Shown here: positions 44,271 to 49,042 of the stretch, piece by piece
Layout of the letters: every line of letters begins with the position of its first letter
Numbering within the stretch: position 1 is the stretch's first letter
Origin: a bacterium
GTDB taxonomy: Bacteria; UBA6262; WVXT01
Assembly (NCBI GenBank): GCA_046759165.1
Contig: JBHIBS010000011.1
Location: 1-49,042, forward strand
Direction: 5' to 3'
Length of the DNA stretch: 49,042 nt
The notes under the pieces: generated by a model
Seen by the model: the letters and a program-made list of their open reading frames with translations, nothing else
The model's database searches: none
Told to the model about the DNA's origin: nothing
Translations under genes and position numbers: made by a program

Positions 44271-45164
44271 TTATTCGCTCCTTTCCATCTTCCACTCATA
44301 AACGAGAGGACTGGCTATGAATATAGATGAATATGTTCCGATAAATATCCCTATTAAAATTGCAAAAGAAAAATCGTGAATAACAGGACCACCTAAAATG
44401 AATATTGATAATACTACTAACAGAGTGGTCATGGAAGTCATCATAGTCCGGGATAGTGTCTCATTAATGCTCGAGTCTATTACCTCGGCTAAAGGCTTCT
44501 TGTAGTGGAGCTTGATATTTTCCCTTATCCTGTCGTAGACCACAATAGTATCGTTTATTGAATATCCAGCTAATGTCAACAGGGCAGCAACAATCGGAAG
44601 AGTGATCTCTTTTCCCAGTATTGTAAATATACCAAAAGTGATGAATACATCGTGAATTAAGGCTGCTACTCCAGCAAGGCCCCAGATGCCACCTATAAAG
44701 CGCCAGGCGATGTAGATAATAATTCCGAAGAAGGCGAGTAAGAAGGCCTTTATACCCCGCTTTTTCAGATACTCGCCGACCACCGGTCCCACTACCTCGT
44801 TTCGCTCAATGGTAAATTGGTTTTGGGGAAACTCTTCTTTGAAAATGGAAGTCAACTTCTGAGCAATCTCGACAGGTCCGACGTCCAAGCTTTTTACCCT
44901 AATGATCAGTACATTGGTTTGGGGAAATTTCTGAATGGTAACCCCTGATAGATCGTGCCTGCTCAGTGTTTCCCTCATCTGTTTTTCGTTGACTTCTTTG
45001 GAGAAATTTATCTGTACAAGCGTGCCGCCAGTAAAGTCGATCCCCAAATTCCCCCCTTTCTGAAAAATGGCATACACGGAGACCAAAATCATAAGCCCCG
45101 AAAGGATAAAAGCTTTCTTTCTCTTTTCAATAAACTTGAAGTTCGTTTTACCGAAAAAGCGCAT
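44271..45164 (-). CDS. secF: Protein translocase subunit SecF
   Basis: GIDFTGGT, VGPVVG, ALIHD, GYSINDTIVVYDRIRE and GTYSSIFIA; start taken at MRFFGK. Confidence 0.96.
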   Translation of the reverse strand: MRFFGKTNFKFIEKRKKAFILSGLMILVSVYAIFQKGGNLGIDFTGGTLVQINFSKEVNEKQMRETLSRHDLSGVTIQKFPQTNVLIIRVKSLDVGPVEIAQKLTSIFKEEFPQNQFTIERNEVVGPVVGEYLKKRGIKAFLLAFFGIIIYIAWRFIGGIWGLAGVAALIHDVFITFGIFTILGKEITLPIVAALLTLAGYSINDTIVVYDRIRENIKLHYKKPLAEVIDSSINETLSRTMMTSMTTLLVVLSIFILGGPVIHDFSFAILIGIFIGTYSSIFIASPLVYEWKMERSE

Positions 45165-45226
45165 ACTTCGCTCCTTGACCATAGATGGGTAAGGTGAATC
45201 GGACCCCTACATTGACTCCTTTTGAA

Positions 45227-46609
45227 CTAAATGCTTAGTTTCTCCACTCTTCTACCAGCTAAGACCATATCAAAAACCATATGTGTAACCACTAAGGCGG
45301 TAAACATGCTAATTAATATACCTAGAGAAAGCGTGACGGCAAAACCTTTTATCGGGCCCGTGCCGAATTGAAACAGGAAAGATGCTGCTATTAATGTAGT
45401 CAGATTGGAATCGAGAATGGTCCTGAATGCCTTCTGGTATCCCGAATCAATTGCCACTCTGACCGTCTTGCCTGCTCTTAACTCTTCTCTGATCCTCTCA
45501 AAAATCAGAACATTAGCATCTACTGACATACCGATGATTAAGATGATGCCAGCGATGCCTGGCAAGGTTAACGTTGCGCGAAAATAAGCCATCATTCCCA
45601 AAAGTATAATCAAATTTAGAATGAGTGCCAGGTTGGCAACCAAACCGGATAACCCGTAGTAGATTACCATAAAACACATTACGCAAATAAGACCAATTCC
45701 GGCTGCCAATACTCCAGCACGAACTGAGTCTCTTCCCAGGGTGGGACCCACGGTTCTATTCTCTACGATGTTAACTGGCGCGGGCAGAGCACCTGCCCTC
45801 AGCACAATTGCTAAGTTCTTGGCTTGCTCCATGGTGAAGTTCCCTTCGATTACTGCATGGCCGTCGGGGATCTTACTCTTGATTACAGGAGCCGACTGGA
45901 CTCGCCCGTCAAGAACAATGGCCAGATTTCTCTCGATGTTGACTTCTGTTATCCTAGCAAATTTTCTGGCACCTTCTTTATTGAAATCCACAGCTACATA
46001 GGGCATATTATACTGCCCCCCTATCTTTACCTTGGCGTTTGTCAATGCTGCTCCAGTAATTTCTGGCTCCTCTTTCACCAAGAATATTGCCTCTCCCTTC
46101 CCAGGTAGGACTTCATAACCAGTGGGAATCTTGGTGGGATCGACTTTTCCTTCGGAATCTAATATGTCGGTTATTTTCACTCTATCATTAACCAATTTGA
46201 ACTCAAGTAATGCCGTCTTTCCAATAAGGTCAATTGCCCTTTCGGGGTCTTTTACTCCAGGCAATTCGACAACGATCCAGCTGTCTCCCTGACGGGCAAT
46301 TAATGGTTCCGCCACGCCGAACTGGTCTACACGATTGCGTATGATCTCTAAAGCCCTCTCCATAGCATCGCTGGCTGAAGTGCCTTCTGGAAGTCTATCT
46401 AAGTCCACTTCTAAAACCAAATGCATCCCTCCCCTTAAATCAAGGCCCAGCTTCAGCATTTTGCCCAGAATTCTATCTTTCCTCTCTTCCAACTTTGTTC
46501 TTTCCTCAGGAGATTTACGATACCACTGATATGTTGGATATAGATATGCTAGTGCCAATATCACGGTTAAAGCTGTAAGGATTGCTTTCCATTGAATTGA
46601 TTTCTTCAT
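45227..46609 (-). CDS. secD: Protein translocase subunit SecD
   Basis: LGLDLRGG, IRNRVDQFGVAEP, LRAGALPAP, VDANVLIFERIREE and GPIKGFAVTL. Confidence 0.97.
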   Translation of the reverse strand: MKKSIQWKAILTALTVILALAYLYPTYQWYRKSPEERTKLEERKDRILGKMLKLGLDLRGGMHLVLEVDLDRLPEGTSASDAMERALEIIRNRVDQFGVAEPLIARQGDSWIVVELPGVKDPERAIDLIGKTALLEFKLVNDRVKITDILDSEGKVDPTKIPTGYEVLPGKGEAIFLVKEEPEITGAALTNAKVKIGGQYNMPYVAVDFNKEGARKFARITEVNIERNLAIVLDGRVQSAPVIKSKIPDGHAVIEGNFTMEQAKNLAIVLRAGALPAPVNIVENRTVGPTLGRDSVRAGVLAAGIGLICVMCFMVIYYGLSGLVANLALILNLIILLGMMAYFRATLTLPGIAGIILIIGMSVDANVLIFERIREELRAGKTVRVAIDSGYQKAFRTILDSNLTTLIAASFLFQFGTGPIKGFAVTLSLGILISMFTALVVTHMVFDMVLAGRRVEKLSI

Positions 46610-46633
46610 AGATATCTCGTATTGGAAAGATGA

Positions 46634-47296
46634 TTAGAGCAGTTTAATATTATTAATAATCAGTTCAAAATTACATTCCAAAAATTTTGCTGCTCGCCGA
46701 CACATTATCATTCTTGTCAGAAATATCTCAAAGTACTCCATCACTTGAGAGACTGCGGTGTCAATGGTGAGTTCTAAGGTAATTATCTTTTTGACATTAT
46801 TTACTCTCAAAAATGACTTCTTGGATGCGTAATTTACACGGTCATGAATATCGAACATCTTCAAGTTGGGACGCACTCTCGATTGATGGACATCTGACTT
46901 GTCGGCTAGAATAACGGCTGCACCAATGGCGTTTATTGGGTCGCCTGTTTCCTCCTCGTGATTACCAATCGCCCCTGCAATCTGTGCCATTTCGTCACTA
47001 TCCATCCGTAACCTCTCTAAAATTTCAACAGCTAAGAGAGCTCCGCACTGCTCATGGGCTGTCCTTGAGACCATATTCCCGATGTCATGGAGATAACCTG
47101 CAATTGCAGCCAGCTCTGGCAGGGGTTTCTTATACTCTAAATAAGTCAAGGTATTATGAGCAATATTGGAGACCAAATTGGCGTGACGCTGACCATGTTC
47201 GGTGTAACCTACTGCGTCCATGTACTTGTCTGCTGCACCAAGAAAGGCAATTACTCGAGGATGCTCTTTAACCTCTTTAATTGTCACTATACTCAT
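46634..47296 (-). CDS. HD-superfamily metal-dependent phosphohydrolase
   Basis: GYTEH..RH, LHDIGN, IGNHEE, ILADKSDVH..RVR and DIHDRVNYA. Confidence 0.88.
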   Translation of the reverse strand: MSIVTIKEVKEHPRVIAFLGAADKYMDAVGYTEHGQRHANLVSNIAHNTLTYLEYKKPLPELAAIAGYLHDIGNMVSRTAHEQCGALLAVEILERLRMDSDEMAQIAGAIGNHEEETGDPINAIGAAVILADKSDVHQSRVRPNLKMFDIHDRVNYASKKSFLRVNNVKKIITLELTIDTAVSQVMEYFEIFLTRMIMCRRAAKFLECNFELIINNIKLL

Positions 47297-47642
47297 CTTG
47301 TCTCTTTTTCTTGATTGGAAGTGGCAGGCGATTCGATGACTGTGGCAATTGCATTTTTGGAGAGGACCATTTTTACTTCTTCAGCAATCTTCAAATCCAC
47401 AACATTGCCTTTGATTGCAGTTATTGTCCCGTGAATTCCCCCAGAAGTAATGACCTCATCTCCCCTCTTTAAGGCGTTGAGAAGCTTCTGGTGTTCTCTA
47501 ACTTTCCTCTGTTGAGGACGAATCAGAAGAAAATAGAAAACAAGAAAGATTAGAATTAGAGGCAATAAGCCTCCAATTGCACTCCCTCTGGGAGCGTCTC
47601 CGGCTCCCACTGGACGTTGGCCCAAAGCGTAAACAAGATCCA

Positions 47643-47643
<1 letters not shown>
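47293..47643 (-). CDS. yajC: Preprotein translocase subunit YajC
   Basis: FYFLLIRPQQR and L.RGDEVITSGGIHG. Confidence 0.95.
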
Positions 47644-48990
<1,347 letters not shown>

Positions 48991-49042
48991 GTGCCTGTCA
49001 CAAAACTATTTTCTCGTCGGAAAATCAATAAACTGAAAATAC
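48991..49042 (-). mobile_element. Probable end (terminal inverted repeat) of an IS5/IS1182-like insertion sequence
   Basis: The minus strand reads ...YFQFIDFPTRK-TAG, then TTTTGTGACAGGCAC, which abuts the broken HD gene exactly. This resembles the TTTTGnGACAGnCnC right ends of these IS families. No transposase motif is visible in the window. Confidence 0.55.

Overview
A 49-kb stretch of chromosomal backbone from a diderm (LPS-making), probably anaerobic bacterium. The RpoD and SecD sequences resemble Elusimicrobiota or related candidate phyla, but this is a weak inference. Every gene I can support lies on the minus strand. In transcription order (right to left): tgt-yajC-HD-secD-secF; a large lipid A/Kdo/LPS-core cluster (lpxK, waaA, lpxL, waaF, Kdo kinase, GT2/GT4/GT9s, kdsB/A/D/C, lptC/A/B); a PTS cluster (ptsN, hprK, rapZ, mannose-family EIIA/B, GH57, EIIC/D, ptsH, ptsI, pgi/pmi); hit-rpsU-mpg-nif3-dnaG-rpoD; a class II ribonucleotide reductase; a moaD-AOR-class II aldolase-Lrp module; and a partial panB. 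Both window ends look like mobile-element junctions. On the left, only the 5' half of a tRNA(CAT) gene is present, cut at the anticodon loop. On the right, an IS-like terminal repeat abuts a decapitated paralog of the HD gene. Notable oddities: an intact HPr kinase/phosphorylase gene lacking most catalytic residues, an HPr with Asp next to Ser46, a GH57 inside the Man-PTS operon, an internally duplicated and apparently permuted DUF4254-like protein, and several families of REP-like intergenic hairpins, including nested ones. I found no CRISPR array, rRNA, intact transposase or integrase.
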